The notes: generated by a model from the letters alone, not told the origin. DNA of 64,000 nt from Verrucomicrobiaceae bacterium (GCA_051252135.1 JBPOGH010000006.1:184953-248952); one strand, 5' to 3'. Shown: positions 37,736 through 48,469, counted from the first letter of the stretch. Program-made: numbers and translations.

Positions 37736-39456
37736 TGTCGGTAGTCTTGGTCATACGTCAGGAAGAGAAGGCGGCGGTGCTGAAGGAGATCGCGCTGCGG
37801 ATTGCGGGCGGGATGGAGATGGAGTTAAAGATTTGGGTGGCGACGGAAGGGGAGGAAGCGGCGGGGTGGGCGAAGAATTTGGAAGGAGTGGGAGTGACGG
37901 AAGTGGTGGAAATGAACGGGCCGCGACGGCGGAGATTGGTGGAAGCGGCGGTGGCGGAAGCGAAGCCCGAGTTATTGATCGTGGGAAAGAGCGCGGGGGT
38001 GAAGAGCGACGCGCCGGACCGGAAGTTTTCGGGGTGGCTTTTTGAGCATCTGCCCTGTCAGGTGCTGGTGGTGCGGATTGATGGCGAGGAGGCGCCGCAC
38101 GAGGGGAAGGTGCTGGTGCCGTGTGCGGGCGGGCGGAACTCGAGGCGGGCGCTGAAGATTGCGCATGCGTGGGCGGGTCCGGAGACGGTGGCGTTTCAGG
38201 TGAGGCCGGATGTGGATGAGATTTCGATGGCGGTGGGGGAGGCGGCTTTGGAAAAAATTGTGAAGAGGGCGGGGCTGGATCCGACGCTGCTGCACACGAA
38301 GGTGGTGCTGGGGGATCATTTTGCGAAGGCGCTGGAGGAAGAGGTGGCGAGTGGCGAGTATGCGATGCTGCTGCTGGGGGCGACGAATGAGAAGACCTTG
38401 AGGGGGAAGCTTTTTGGGACCTTGCCGGAGCGGTTGTTGGCGAGTGAGACGGGGCGATTGGTGGGGGTGGTGCGGGCCGAACGGGCGGTGGGGCACCGGT
38501 TCCGGGATTGGGTGGGGCGGTTGATTCAGATCAAGATTCCGCAGTTGAACCGGGATGAACGGTTGGCGCTCTTTGACGAGGTGGAGTCGAAGTCGCGGTG
38601 GAGTTTTGATTTTGCGTCCCTGATGACGATGGCGACGGCGATCGCGGGGATGGGATTGTTGTTGAACTCAGCGGCGGTCGTGATCGGGGCGATGCTGGTG
38701 GCTCCGCTGATGATGCCGCTGGTGGGTGGCGGGTTGGCGTTATCGCAAGGACATTGGCCGTTGTGGAATCGGGCGATTGGGGCGGTGGTGAGAGGGTTTG
38801 TGTTGGCTCTATTGATTGGGTTGGTGTTGGGAGGGATTGCGCGGTTTTTTGATTTGGGGATGACCTTTCAACTGGAGGCACGGGGGAAGCCGAATTTGTT
38901 GGATTTGGGAGTGGCCTTTGTTTCCGGGATTGCGGCGTCTTACTGCATTGCGAGGCCGAAGCTGAGCGGGGCGTTGGCGGGGGTGGCGATTGCGGCGGCG
39001 CTGGTGCCTCCGATTGCGACGGTGGGGATTGCGCTGGTGCTGGGGGATACCTCGACCTCGACAGGAGCGGCCTTGCTCTTTGGGACGAATGTAGTGGCGG
39101 TGGTGCTTGGGGCGTCCTTTAACTTTGTGTTGGCAGGGGTGCGGGGACGGGGGCGTGACGGGGAGTGGGCGCGGCGGGGGTTGATTGTGCTGATGCTGAT
39201 TATGGCGGGGCTGCTAGTGCCGCTGACCTCGTTTTTGTTTACGGGGCTTTCCCAAAGCACGCATGTTGAACGACGTGTTGAGCCGGTGTTGCCGAAGGGG
39301 ATGAAGTTGGTCTCGGTTCTTCGGATGGATGGGGGTGGCTATGAGGTGGTGGTGGAGAGTCCGCGACCGTTGACACGGGCGTTGCAGGAAAAAATAAAGG
39401 CCGCGCTGGGCGGCCTTGAGGAGGTGAGGTTGAGGACGATCCTGGTAATCGATTAG
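37735..39456 (+). CDS. Universal-stress-protein-like domains fused to a DUF389 membrane domain
   Basis: NSAAVVIGAMLVAPLM, GVAIAAALVPP DUF389 motifs; VLVPCAGG and MLLLGA...LFGTLPE USP-like motifs. Confidence 0.8.
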   Translation: MSVVLVIRQEEKAAVLKEIALRIAGGMEMELKIWVATEGEEAAGWAKNLEGVGVTEVVEMNGPRRRRLVEAAVAEAKPELLIVGKSAGVKSDAPDRKFSGWLFEHLPCQVLVVRIDGEEAPHEGKVLVPCAGGRNSRRALKIAHAWAGPETVAFQVRPDVDEISMAVGEAALEKIVKRAGLDPTLLHTKVVLGDHFAKALEEEVASGEYAMLLLGATNEKTLRGKLFGTLPERLLASETGRLVGVVRAERAVGHRFRDWVGRLIQIKIPQLNRDERLALFDEVESKSRWSFDFASLMTMATAIAGMGLLLNSAAVVIGAMLVAPLMMPLVGGGLALSQGHWPLWNRAIGAVVRGFVLALLIGLVLGGIARFFDLGMTFQLEARGKPNLLDLGVAFVSGIAASYCIARPKLSGALAGVAIAAALVPPIATVGIALVLGDTSTSTGAALLFGTNVVAVVLGASFNFVLAGVRGRGRDGEWARRGLIVLMLIMAGLLVPLTSFLFTGLSQSTHVERRVEPVLPKGMKLVSVLRMDGGGYEVVVESPRPLTRALQEKIKAALGGLEEVRLRTILVID

Positions 39457-40460
39457 TGACCTTCCTTGTAGTGCTCCTTGAGAGTGTCGCGGCCGAAGTC
39501 GTTCTTGAGATCACGCCAGACAAGGTGGGCGTGGTTGTTGTCGTTTTGGGTGTTGGCGTATTCGATGAGGAAGTCTTTTCCCTGAATGCGGAAGTAGTGG
39601 GCGGCTCCGCGGTCGAGTGATCCGGCCCAGGCGAAGGTGAGGTCCTTGCGCTGCATGGTGTGGATTTTGCGTAAGGTTTCGGAGCTGACTTCGCGGCGCT
39701 GGAAGCTGGCGACGAGATCGATGACGGAGAGGAGTTGCTTGAGGTGTTCGCCATCGATATCGGCGGATTTTGCCCCGAGTGGTTCCTGGGCGTTGGCGAC
39801 GCGGTCCTGGGAGGTGAGGACATCGCGAGGGGCTTTGTCGGTGAAGAGAGGGGAATGACCGGCGGCTTTGAGGGCGAGGGCGAGGGCCCGGCCGGCGTCC
39901 TCGATTTCACCGAGGGGGCGCATGCCTTTGAGGGGGCCTTTTTTGAGTTCGGCGGGATTGGTTCCGAAGAAGGCGGGGTAGCCGACGACGCGCTCGCCGG
40001 AGACGGTGAAGTTGAGCGAGAGGTGGTGGCCCTCGAAGCGCCATCCCCATGGCTTGTCGTGGGAGGGGGTGCCGAAGATGGCGATGAAATACTTTTCGGT
40101 GTTTCGGACCTCGGGGTCCTCTCCGCGATCGGCGAGGATTTGTTCGAGGGTCATGATTTGGGTGGCGGTGAGGAGGCCCTTTTGGCTGAGTCCGGTGCCG
40201 AGGAGTCCGAAGGCGAGGTGCTGTTGGTGGGGTTTGAGGGTGCCGAAACGAACGCCCTTGCGATCATCCATGGGGACGAAGTGCCAATTTTCGCGTTCCT
40301 CGTTTTTGAATCCGATGGCGGCGGCTTTTTTCTGCTCATCGTTGAGGCTGGCGAGAAAAGTGGTGGCGGCGTTGGTCATCTGGGCGGTGGCCGGATGGTG
40401 CGCGCCCTCATGCGCGGAGAGGAGGGTGGCGGAAAGAAGGAAGAGTGGAATGAATTTCAC
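39453..40460 (-). CDS. Secreted DUF3500 family protein
   Basis: Signal peptide; WHFVP, WGWRFEGHHLSLNFT, NHAHLVWRD...DFG. Confidence 0.85.
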   Translation of the reverse strand: MKFIPLFLLSATLLSAHEGAHHPATAQMTNAATTFLASLNDEQKKAAAIGFKNEERENWHFVPMDDRKGVRFGTLKPHQQHLAFGLLGTGLSQKGLLTATQIMTLEQILADRGEDPEVRNTEKYFIAIFGTPSHDKPWGWRFEGHHLSLNFTVSGERVVGYPAFFGTNPAELKKGPLKGMRPLGEIEDAGRALALALKAAGHSPLFTDKAPRDVLTSQDRVANAQEPLGAKSADIDGEHLKQLLSVIDLVASFQRREVSSETLRKIHTMQRKDLTFAWAGSLDRGAAHYFRIQGKDFLIEYANTQNDNNHAHLVWRDLKNDFGRDTLKEHYKEGH

Positions 40461-40469
40461 TCCATTGTT

Positions 40470-41861
40470 TTAGAGACCCAGGAAGGTCCGCGCCACCGTA
40501 AAATAAATGACCATTCCCGAGGCATCGACGATGGTGGTGATGGCGGGAGCGGCGATGACGGCGGGGTCGAGCTTGATGGCTCGGGCACCGATGGGGAGGA
40601 GGGCTCCGATGACGGTGGAGGTGGCGATTTGAGCGGTGAGAGAAAAGGCGACGGCCAGGCCGAAGGCGGTGAAGCCGATGCCGGCGGGGAGGTCGGGTTG
40701 GAAGGCGGGAAGGATGAAGATGGCGACGATGGCGATGACGCCGCCCAAGAGAGAGCCGAGGAGGCAGCCGAGGGTGAGCTCCTTGATGGCGACGCGTTTG
40801 GTGTCGGCGGGGTCGAGCTCACCGAGGGCCATGGCGCGAATGACCATGGTGGAGGCTTGTCCTCCGGTGTTTCCGCCGGCGGCGACAACCATGGGGAGGA
40901 AGAGGGAGAGGAGGAAGGCGCTGTTGAGGACGTGCTCGAAGCGGAGCATGACGTAGCCCGAGGCGATGGCGAGGAGAGCGAGGATGAGGAGCCAGCCGAA
41001 GCGACGCTTGAAGTGGGTGAAGACGGTGGTGTTGAGGTAGGAGACCTCCGATTGTTCACCGGAGATACCGGCGCCTTTTTCGATGTCCTCGGTTGATTCC
41101 TCGGCGAGAATTTCGATGACATCATCAGCGGTGATGACTCCGAGGAAGCGATTGGCTTCATCGACGACGGGGACGAGGGCCATGTCGTAGCGGGCGAGCA
41201 TGTTGGCCGCTTCCTCCTGGTCGGCGGTGGCGAGGACGGCGTGCTCTTCCGGGGTGTAGAGGTCTGAGACAGGCGTGTCCCAAGGATTGAAGGCGAGATC
41301 GCGGAGGCGGATTTTACCGATGAGCTTCTCGTCCCGATCGAGGACAAAGATGCGGGCGAAGGTTTCGGTGGATTCGAGTCCGCCGCGAAGGTGGTCGAGG
41401 GCCTCCTTGACCGTCATTTGGGCGAAGATGGTGCCGACCTGGGTGGTCATGCGGCCACCGGCGGTCTCTTCATCGTAGCGGAGAAGGGTGCGGGTGCGGT
41501 CTTGATCGTCCTGATTGAGGAGGCCAAGGTAGGCGCGGCGTTTTTCCTCACTGACGTCCTGGAGGATATCGACGCGGTCGTCATCCGGGATGCTGGCAAG
41601 GATTTGCCGTTGATCGTCCGTGTGGAAGGAGTCGAGGGCTTCCTCGACGAGGGTGTTGGGGAGTTCGGCGAGGACGTCGCAGAAGTTGGTGGCCCCCAGG
41701 GTTTCGAGGAAGAAGTGCCGGGATTCGTCATCGAGGTCCTCGTAGACCTGGGCGAGGTCGGCGTGGTGGAGATTTCCGGCGAGATGGACAAGGTCCTTCG
41801 CCTCCCGATTTAAGACGGCTTGTTCGACCTTGCTGAGGTTTTCTGCCAACTCTTCTGCCAC
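40470..41861 (-). CDS. mgtE: Magnesium transporter MgtE
   Basis: TAGGRMT, CBS pair, GGNTGGQAS, DPAVIAAPAITTIVD; start GTG 41861 preferred, ORF open to 41909. Confidence 0.92.
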   Translation of the reverse strand: MAEELAENLSKVEQAVLNREAKDLVHLAGNLHHADLAQVYEDLDDESRHFFLETLGATNFCDVLAELPNTLVEEALDSFHTDDQRQILASIPDDDRVDILQDVSEEKRRAYLGLLNQDDQDRTRTLLRYDEETAGGRMTTQVGTIFAQMTVKEALDHLRGGLESTETFARIFVLDRDEKLIGKIRLRDLAFNPWDTPVSDLYTPEEHAVLATADQEEAANMLARYDMALVPVVDEANRFLGVITADDVIEILAEESTEDIEKGAGISGEQSEVSYLNTTVFTHFKRRFGWLLILALLAIASGYVMLRFEHVLNSAFLLSLFLPMVVAAGGNTGGQASTMVIRAMALGELDPADTKRVAIKELTLGCLLGSLLGGVIAIVAIFILPAFQPDLPAGIGFTAFGLAVAFSLTAQIATSTVIGALLPIGARAIKLDPAVIAAPAITTIVDASGMVIYFTVARTFLGL

Positions 41862-41959
41862 GGGGGGAGACTGGCGAAGGGGGGGGAGAAGGGAAAGAGA
41901 AAATGCCATTTGCTAAACGGTGGGGGGAAGGGTGACATTTGGAGGCAGTCCTTAATCCC

Positions 41960-44900
41960 ATGATGTTCCGAAAATTCTCCCTATTTATCAGTGTTGCGAC
42001 GATCTTGCCCACATTTGGAGCGGGGACGCTGGAGGTGCGGGCGCCGGGGTATGACTGGAGGAGCGGGGAATACAGCACGAGTCATGTCTTTGTGGACGAA
42101 GTGGCGGGGACAAGTGCGGATATTGAGGTGAAATTCACACCGGGCGTTGCGGATGTGACGGATGTGGAGGTGTTTACGAATTTGAATCGTCGGGATTTGG
42201 CGACGGCCGACAAAGACGGGGATGGTGAGCATGACGGGATCCTGCCGGTGAACGGAAACACGATCACGGACTCGGTTGGCGATACCGATCCGGCGACGGG
42301 GCATTATTTTATTCCCCACAATATGAGTGATCCGGAATCGGATGGCACGTGGAGTGTGACAATACCGGCGAGCAAGACGGGAGCGTATCGACTGACGGCG
42401 CGTTTCAAGACATCGGGAAATCCGAACTGGCAGTGGTATGGGTTACGGGATCATGCGGTGGTGGTGACTCCGGTGGTGGCCCGGGACATCCGGATGTATG
42501 AGCTGAATGTTTTCAATATTGAGGCAAGCGGGACGGCGGTGGGGGATCGGTCGACGTGGGAGGATTTGGCAGATTTGCCGGGTGCGCTGCACACGTCATC
42601 GGGTCGGGTGAACAATTGGAATATTCAGGACTACGCGGGTGATTTGGGGATCAACTGGTTGTGGTTTCAGCCTTTTCATCCCTATGGCGAGGAAGGCCGT
42701 CATCTGAGTGCAGCGAATATCAATGCGAGGGATCCGAGCCAGAGTGCGTCGACCTTGGTGAGGACAGGAGGGGCGAACTATGAGGATGTGAACTACGCTT
42801 ATGATTTGGGATCGCCGTATGCGGTGAAAAATTTCTTCGAGATCGATCCCCGGACCTCGGCAAATTACGACGCGGCGGATTCGGTGGCGGTGGGGCGGGA
42901 GAAGGCGCGGCAGTCCTTTGTGAGCTTTGTGGCGGCGGCGGATGCGGAAGGGATGTCGTTGATGCCGGATGCGGCATTCAACCATGCGGCGTGGGATTTT
43001 GAGGTGGGGCCGGCGGGGGTGGGGGCATTGAAGAATGGATTTCAATTTTGGGGCGACCACTGGATGGCCGCGCAGGGTGCGAGCGGGTGGGCGGAGACCG
43101 ATCTGGTGCATGATCGTGAGCTGCGGGTGTTTTCGCGGAATGGCGATTACCGGAAGCGGGCGTTTTACTACAATAGTTTTTTCGACAACAACATCGCGCC
43201 GGGGCCGGACCGGACGGACTTCGGGAAGTGGCTTGATGTGGTGGATATTTTCTTCGGCCGGTATGCGGCTTTGGTGGGGGCGCAGGATGGATCGGAGGTA
43301 ATCAATCGCAACAATGAGGGCGATTGGTTTGATTATACGACCCATGAATTCAATGGGAGCGACGGGGGGAGCTTTGATGGCTTTACGCGAGCGACGTGGC
43401 GGGCGTTTGCGCAGTATGCGCCGTATTGGTTGAGCCAGAGTCGTCCTGCGGGGGAGAACCGAAATTCGACCTCAGCGGATGGTGATGCGGCGGCGCGGGC
43501 GGTCTTTGATGCGCGCGGGATCGATGGATTGCGTTGTGATTTCGGGCAGGGGATTCCGCCACAGTGCTGGGAATATATCATCAATGTGGCGCGCAGTCAC
43601 AAGTGGTCCTTTGTCTTCATGGCGGAATCGCTTGATGGAGGAGCGGTGACGTATCGTTCTTCGAGGCACTTCGATATTTTGAACGAGAGTATCATTTTCG
43701 GGGTGAAGAATCTCAACAAGAGCAGGACGGCGCTGAAGCAGGCTTACGAGGATCGGCGGGCAGCCTACGGGCAGGCGTTGATTTTGTTGGCGACGATTTC
43801 CCATGACGAGGACAGCTATGCGGACCCTTTTGTGGCGTGTGCGAATTATCTGGCGCATGCCTCGATGGATGGGGCTCCGATGATTTTTCCGGGGCAGGAG
43901 TTGGGGATCTCGACGACTTTTGGTTTTGATCTTTATGAGAAGAACTTCGGGAAGTTTGTGCCGCACTTTAAGACGTGGAACTCGATGATGCCGGTGTGGA
44001 GCGATGCTGATTTTGGAAACGATCAGCTCTACCATGTTTATGCGGGGGCGAATCGGGCGCGAGAGGAGTCTCCGGCGCTCCGGTCTCCGAACCGGTGGTT
44101 CCTGGACGGGAATGGATTCAACAATGCGATTCACGCGGTGGCGAAGTATGAGGCAGGAAGTGCGAGTCCGGCGGCGAGTGATGTGATGTTGGCTTTTGCG
44201 AATCTGGATCGGGATAACGCGCAGTCCGACACATTTAAGATTCCGGCGGGTCTTGCCGATTTGTTGGGGCTGGCGGCGGGGCGGACCTACAACGTGAAGA
44301 ACCGGGCGGCCTATCTGGGGCAGTCGGCGGGACGGAACGAGAGTTGGTTGTGGGGCGATGCTTCGATGGGGATGGGGAAATCGCGGTCCGAGCTGATCAA
44401 CGATGGTGCCTTTGTCGGTTTGGCAAAAGTGCCGGGGACTGCGGGCGAGTGGACGACGGCTCCTTTTGAGGCACAATTTTTGAAGGTTTACGATGTGACG
44501 GCTCCGCCAGCGCCTCTGCCGCTGGCGAGCTACTATCAGTTGGGGACGACGGGGACGTTTTCGTGGGATCCGTCATCGGCTGGAGGGGATCCGGTGCATG
44601 ATGTGATTTCCGCTTATGAAGTGACGGTGCGTGACGGCGGGGGAAGTGTGGTGGCGAGCGGGACGGTGACGGATGGCTCGAACCAGTTTTCCTTTACGGG
44701 AGCTTATGGCGAAATCTACCGGGCCGAGGTGAAGGCGGTGAGTGCGGCGGGGATTGCGTCGGCGGTGGCCGGGGTATCCGATGCGGGGGCACCGAATGCG
44801 GGGTTGGTAAATTCGGCGTTGATTCTTCTGGATGGGAACGGGGATGAGGATGGCGACGGGACGGGGAATCTTCAGGAAGAGATCGCGGGAACGAATCCGC

Positions 44901-45163
44901 TGGATTCGGGGTCGAACTTTAGAATCCAAAGTGCGGTGGCGAGTGGAGATGATGTGGTGATCACGGTGCCTGCGGTGGTGGGTCGATTTTATCACCTGCA
45001 GACATCGACGACCTTGGGTCAGGCTCCCGATGCGTGGACGCAGATTCAATCGGATGTGGAAGCGACGACGAACGAGGTGATTTTTACCGATGTGGATGGC
45101 TTGGCAGGCGGGATGAAGCGTTTCTACCGGGTGGCGGTGAGCACGGAGGCGGAGGGTCTGTAG
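41960..45163 (+). CDS. Secreted GH13 (alpha-amylase-like) protein with Fn3-like and C-terminal domains
   Basis: Signal peptide; GSPYAVKNF, DAAFNH, DGLRCDFGQG, FMAE, SHDE, PMIFPGQE; ends DGDGTGNLQEEIAGTNP...FYRV. Confidence 0.75.
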   Translation: MMFRKFSLFISVATILPTFGAGTLEVRAPGYDWRSGEYSTSHVFVDEVAGTSADIEVKFTPGVADVTDVEVFTNLNRRDLATADKDGDGEHDGILPVNGNTITDSVGDTDPATGHYFIPHNMSDPESDGTWSVTIPASKTGAYRLTARFKTSGNPNWQWYGLRDHAVVVTPVVARDIRMYELNVFNIEASGTAVGDRSTWEDLADLPGALHTSSGRVNNWNIQDYAGDLGINWLWFQPFHPYGEEGRHLSAANINARDPSQSASTLVRTGGANYEDVNYAYDLGSPYAVKNFFEIDPRTSANYDAADSVAVGREKARQSFVSFVAAADAEGMSLMPDAAFNHAAWDFEVGPAGVGALKNGFQFWGDHWMAAQGASGWAETDLVHDRELRVFSRNGDYRKRAFYYNSFFDNNIAPGPDRTDFGKWLDVVDIFFGRYAALVGAQDGSEVINRNNEGDWFDYTTHEFNGSDGGSFDGFTRATWRAFAQYAPYWLSQSRPAGENRNSTSADGDAAARAVFDARGIDGLRCDFGQGIPPQCWEYIINVARSHKWSFVFMAESLDGGAVTYRSSRHFDILNESIIFGVKNLNKSRTALKQAYEDRRAAYGQALILLATISHDEDSYADPFVACANYLAHASMDGAPMIFPGQELGISTTFGFDLYEKNFGKFVPHFKTWNSMMPVWSDADFGNDQLYHVYAGANRAREESPALRSPNRWFLDGNGFNNAIHAVAKYEAGSASPAASDVMLAFANLDRDNAQSDTFKIPAGLADLLGLAAGRTYNVKNRAAYLGQSAGRNESWLWGDASMGMGKSRSELINDGAFVGLAKVPGTAGEWTTAPFEAQFLKVYDVTAPPAPLPLASYYQLGTTGTFSWDPSSAGGDPVHDVISAYEVTVRDGGGSVVASGTVTDGSNQFSFTGAYGEIYRAEVKAVSAAGIASAVAGVSDAGAPNAGLVNSALILLDGNGDEDGDGTGNLQEEIAGTNPLDSGSNFRIQSAVASGDDVVITVPAVVGRFYHLQTSTTLGQAPDAWTQIQSDVEATTNEVIFTDVDGLAGGMKRFYRVAVSTEAEGL

Positions 45164-45166
45164 AGA

Positions 45167-47035
45167 CTACTTCTTGTCGTGAGCGGGATCGAAGAAGATT
45201 TTGACGTCGGCTTTCTTGGTCCCGAGCAGGTCCTGGGCGCGGAGGAGGGCGTCGCGGGTGGAGATGTTGGGGTTGCTGGGGGCGTAGAAGAAGAGGTTGG
45301 TTTCGCCTTCCTCGCGGCGGCATCCTTTTTGAAGAGTGTCGAGGACGCCGGAGCTTTTGAGGACGCGGTAGACCTCGCGGGTGGCACCGGAGATGATGAG
45401 GTGTCGTTCCTGGGACCGGACGAAGCGGATGAGATCGCGAAGGGCCATGACGCTGGTGGCATCGAGGTGGTGGGCGTTCTTTAGCCTGAGGATGATGACC
45501 TTGAGGTTGGGATCGATGGTGAGGCGCTGGACCTGGGTGCGGAAGAGTTCGCTGGCTCCGAAGAAGAGGGCTCCCTCGACGTGGACGATGGAGATGGCGG
45601 GGATTTTGCGGTCGTGCTTGAGGTCTTTCTCGCGGAGTTCGCCGTCGTCCGAGATTTCGTATTCGACGAGGTGGGGGCGGGAGACTTTCCGGAGGAAGAG
45701 GAAGATGGAGAGGAAGACGCCGAGGAAAATGGCGACGTAGAGAGGGGCGAGGAGAGCGGCGAGGAAGGTGACGATGAGGACGGCGGCGTCATCGGGAGTG
45801 GAGAGGAGGCAGATGCGGATATTTTTCCACTTGATGAGGGAGGCGGCGACGGTGACGACGAGGGCGGCGAGGGCGGTCTTGGGGATGTAGGAGACGGGGT
45901 TGGGGGTGAGGGCGGCGAGAGCGAAGATGGCGATGAGGCAGAAGAATCCGCAGAGGAGGGAGGAGACGCCGGTGCGGGCTTTGGACTCGTAGTTGAGTGC
46001 GGAGCGGGTGAGGGAGCCGGAGGCGGGCATGGCGGCGGTGAAGGCGGAGGCGACATTGGCCATGCCGACCGCGAGCATGTCCTGGTTGATCTCGGCGCGC
46101 TGCCCGGTGCGGGAGGCGATGGACTTGGACATGACGGTATTTTCGAGAGAGGCGAGGAAGGCGATGGCGAAGGCGACGCCGAGGAGGCCGGAGATATCCG
46201 AGAGGATGCCGGCTTCGGATGCCTGGGGGAGCTTGGGCTGGAGGTCGCTGAGGGCGTAGGGGTTGAAGGTGGTGACGGCCTGGGACCAAGCGGGGTTGGT
46301 CGAGGAGAGGAGGGCGGAGACGATGGAGGTGACCGCGAGGGTGAGGGCGAAGTTGGGAAGGGCGGGGAGGAAGCGGTTGAGGGCGAGGTACATGGCGATG
46401 GCCCCGAGTCCGAGGGCGGCTGGTTGCCAGAGGAAGGAGTCCGAGACATCGAAGAGGCTTTCGGCCATGCCGAAGAAGTTGCTGGCGGGTTCCACCTGTT
46501 CCGCGACGCCGAAGAGGTGTTTTCCCTGATTGATCATGATGAGGAGGGAGGCGCCGGTGATGTATCCGACGAGGACACTTTGACTGATATACTGGAGGAG
46601 CTCGGCGGCTTTGAGAATGGAGCCAATGAGGCAGAGGATGCCGACGAGGAGGACGAGCATGGGCATCACGTTGAGCTTTTGGTCCATGCTCATGCTCTGG
46701 GCAGCGAAGAAGCTGAAGACCATGAGCGAGGTGGCATTGGTGGGGCCGAGGATGGTGTGTCGCGAGCTGGCGAAGAGGGGGGCGACGATGGCGGCGACGG
46801 CGGAGCAGATGATTCCGTAGAGGATGGGAAGCTCGGCGATGGCGGCGTAGGCCATGCCCTGGGGAACGGCGAGAAGGGCGACATTGACGGCGGCCCGGAA
46901 ATCGGCGCGGGCGGTGTCTTTTCCGTATCCCTGGAGGGAGTCGCGGAAGGGGAAGAGGCGGAGGGGGTTTTCGGCGACCCATTCCTGGAAGTTTCGGTAG
47001 AGGGAACGAACCTTACGACCAACCTTCCCATTCAT
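45167..47035 (-). CDS. SulP family anion permease with STAS domain
   Basis: PQGMAYA, GPT, GSLTRS, GALFFGA...DATS. Confidence 0.92.
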   Translation of the reverse strand: MNGKVGRKVRSLYRNFQEWVAENPLRLFPFRDSLQGYGKDTARADFRAAVNVALLAVPQGMAYAAIAELPILYGIICSAVAAIVAPLFASSRHTILGPTNATSLMVFSFFAAQSMSMDQKLNVMPMLVLLVGILCLIGSILKAAELLQYISQSVLVGYITGASLLIMINQGKHLFGVAEQVEPASNFFGMAESLFDVSDSFLWQPAALGLGAIAMYLALNRFLPALPNFALTLAVTSIVSALLSSTNPAWSQAVTTFNPYALSDLQPKLPQASEAGILSDISGLLGVAFAIAFLASLENTVMSKSIASRTGQRAEINQDMLAVGMANVASAFTAAMPASGSLTRSALNYESKARTGVSSLLCGFFCLIAIFALAALTPNPVSYIPKTALAALVVTVAASLIKWKNIRICLLSTPDDAAVLIVTFLAALLAPLYVAIFLGVFLSIFLFLRKVSRPHLVEYEISDDGELREKDLKHDRKIPAISIVHVEGALFFGASELFRTQVQRLTIDPNLKVIILRLKNAHHLDATSVMALRDLIRFVRSQERHLIISGATREVYRVLKSSGVLDTLQKGCRREEGETNLFFYAPSNPNISTRDALLRAQDLLGTKKADVKIFFDPAHDKK

Positions 47036-47076
47036 GGGGACAGCCTAAATCCCCGAGCATTGAACCTGCAAGGTTA

Positions 47077-47276
47077 TACCAATCCGAGTTCCAAAAGACC
47101 CAAATGAGTTTTAAAAGGTTTGAGAAGTGCGCTGCGCGATTTGGGGAAGAAGCCGGGCGCTTTTCAGCAATAGCGGCGTCGTTCCTCGGTCGTGGTGCCC
47201 GCACCACTCGCTCGTCATGCCTTGCCATTACAGAAAATCGTTCCGGCATTTGGCTCTTTTGAAACTCTACTTGGTA
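47077..47276. mobile_element. Non-autonomous MITE-like element (200 bp)
   Basis: Imperfect 31-bp terminal inverted repeats (47076-47106 vs 47247-47277, 26/31 matches); TTA on both sides of TACCAA...TTGGTA; nested internal palindromes. Confidence 0.7.
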
Positions 47277-47300
47277 TTAGGTTTCCGGGAGGGCGATGTT

Positions 47301-48410
47301 TTATCCTCTTCGGGAGGCGCGCCGGAGGAAATAGATGCCGAGTCCGACGCCGAGAATGTTGGGGAGCCAGAGGAGGGTTTGCGAGAGGGCGAGGTGGTCG
47401 GCGCGGGTTTCCTCGGCGAGGATGAGCATGAGGAAGTAGCCGAAGGCGATGATGACACTGAGGGTGATGCCGCCAGAGGTCTCCTTGCGTCGGGAGGTCA
47501 TGCCGAGGGGGATGCCAATGAAGGCGAGGGCGAGGGGGGCGAGGGAGAAGGAGAAGCGGCGGTCGCGCTCGTAGGCGTAGGCGGGGAGGGTTTCGACGGG
47601 GACTTCCTCGGGAGGGTTTTTAAGAAGCTCGGCGATCTGTTGATTGTCCATCATGTTGGGCTTGAGCTGGCGCTTCATGAGGGGGTAGGTGAGGACCCAG
47701 GGTTCGGCTTTATCGGTGAAGAATTGCTGGAGGTTGCCATCCTTGTCGTAAACTTCTCCGTAGCCGGTGTTGAGCTGGAGGTCGAATCGGCGGGCTTCGG
47801 AGTCGAGGTCGAGATTGACGCGTTTGGAGTAGAGGTATCCGAGCGGGGGTGCGTTGCGGTCTTCGGCGGAGAGTTGGTAGGCGTGGAAGCCGAGGAGGGT
47901 TTTGTCGTCGCCGCGTTGTTCGATGTAGATTTTTTGTCCCTTGAGGCGGGACTGGACGACGCCGGGATCGAGGAGCCGGAGGGGGTCGTTTTTGATTTCG
48001 TCGTAGAGGAGGGTTTTGATGGCGGCTTTGGCCCGCGGGGCGTGGGAGGCGTTGAGCCAGAGGAGGAGGGCGGAGAGGGCAAGGCCGATGAGGAGGACGG
48101 GGGTGGCGATGCGGAAGAGGCTGAGTCCGCTGCTTCGGAAGGCGGTGATTTCCTGATCGGCGGACATGCGTCCGAAGGTGAGGAGGACGGCGGCGAGGAA
48201 TCCCCAGGGGATGGTGAAGACGAGGGAGAAGGGGAGGAGCTGGAGGATGAAGATGGCGACGAAGGAGAGGGGGGCTCCCTTGTTGACGAGGAGGTCCTGA
48301 ATCTCCTTGAAGACGTTGCCCAGAATGAGGACGACGCTGAGGACGACGACGGCGAAGACGGTGCTCCCGAGGACTTCGCGGATGAGATAGCGGTCGATCT
48401 TACTGATCAT
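47301..48410 (-). CDS. LptF/LptG family LPS export permease
   Basis: IDRYLIRE, GRMSADQEITAFRSSGLS, GIPLG, WLPN; 3+3 TM layout. Confidence 0.88.
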   Translation of the reverse strand: MISKIDRYLIREVLGSTVFAVVVLSVVLILGNVFKEIQDLLVNKGAPLSFVAIFILQLLPFSLVFTIPWGFLAAVLLTFGRMSADQEITAFRSSGLSLFRIATPVLLIGLALSALLLWLNASHAPRAKAAIKTLLYDEIKNDPLRLLDPGVVQSRLKGQKIYIEQRGDDKTLLGFHAYQLSAEDRNAPPLGYLYSKRVNLDLDSEARRFDLQLNTGYGEVYDKDGNLQQFFTDKAEPWVLTYPLMKRQLKPNMMDNQQIAELLKNPPEEVPVETLPAYAYERDRRFSFSLAPLALAFIGIPLGMTSRRKETSGGITLSVIIAFGYFLMLILAEETRADHLALSQTLLWLPNILGVGLGIYFLRRASRRG

Positions 48411-48469
48411 CGTTCGCGCTCACGCTAGAGCGCGGAGATGACGAGGTCGAGCGGGAAGGTGAAGGTCGC

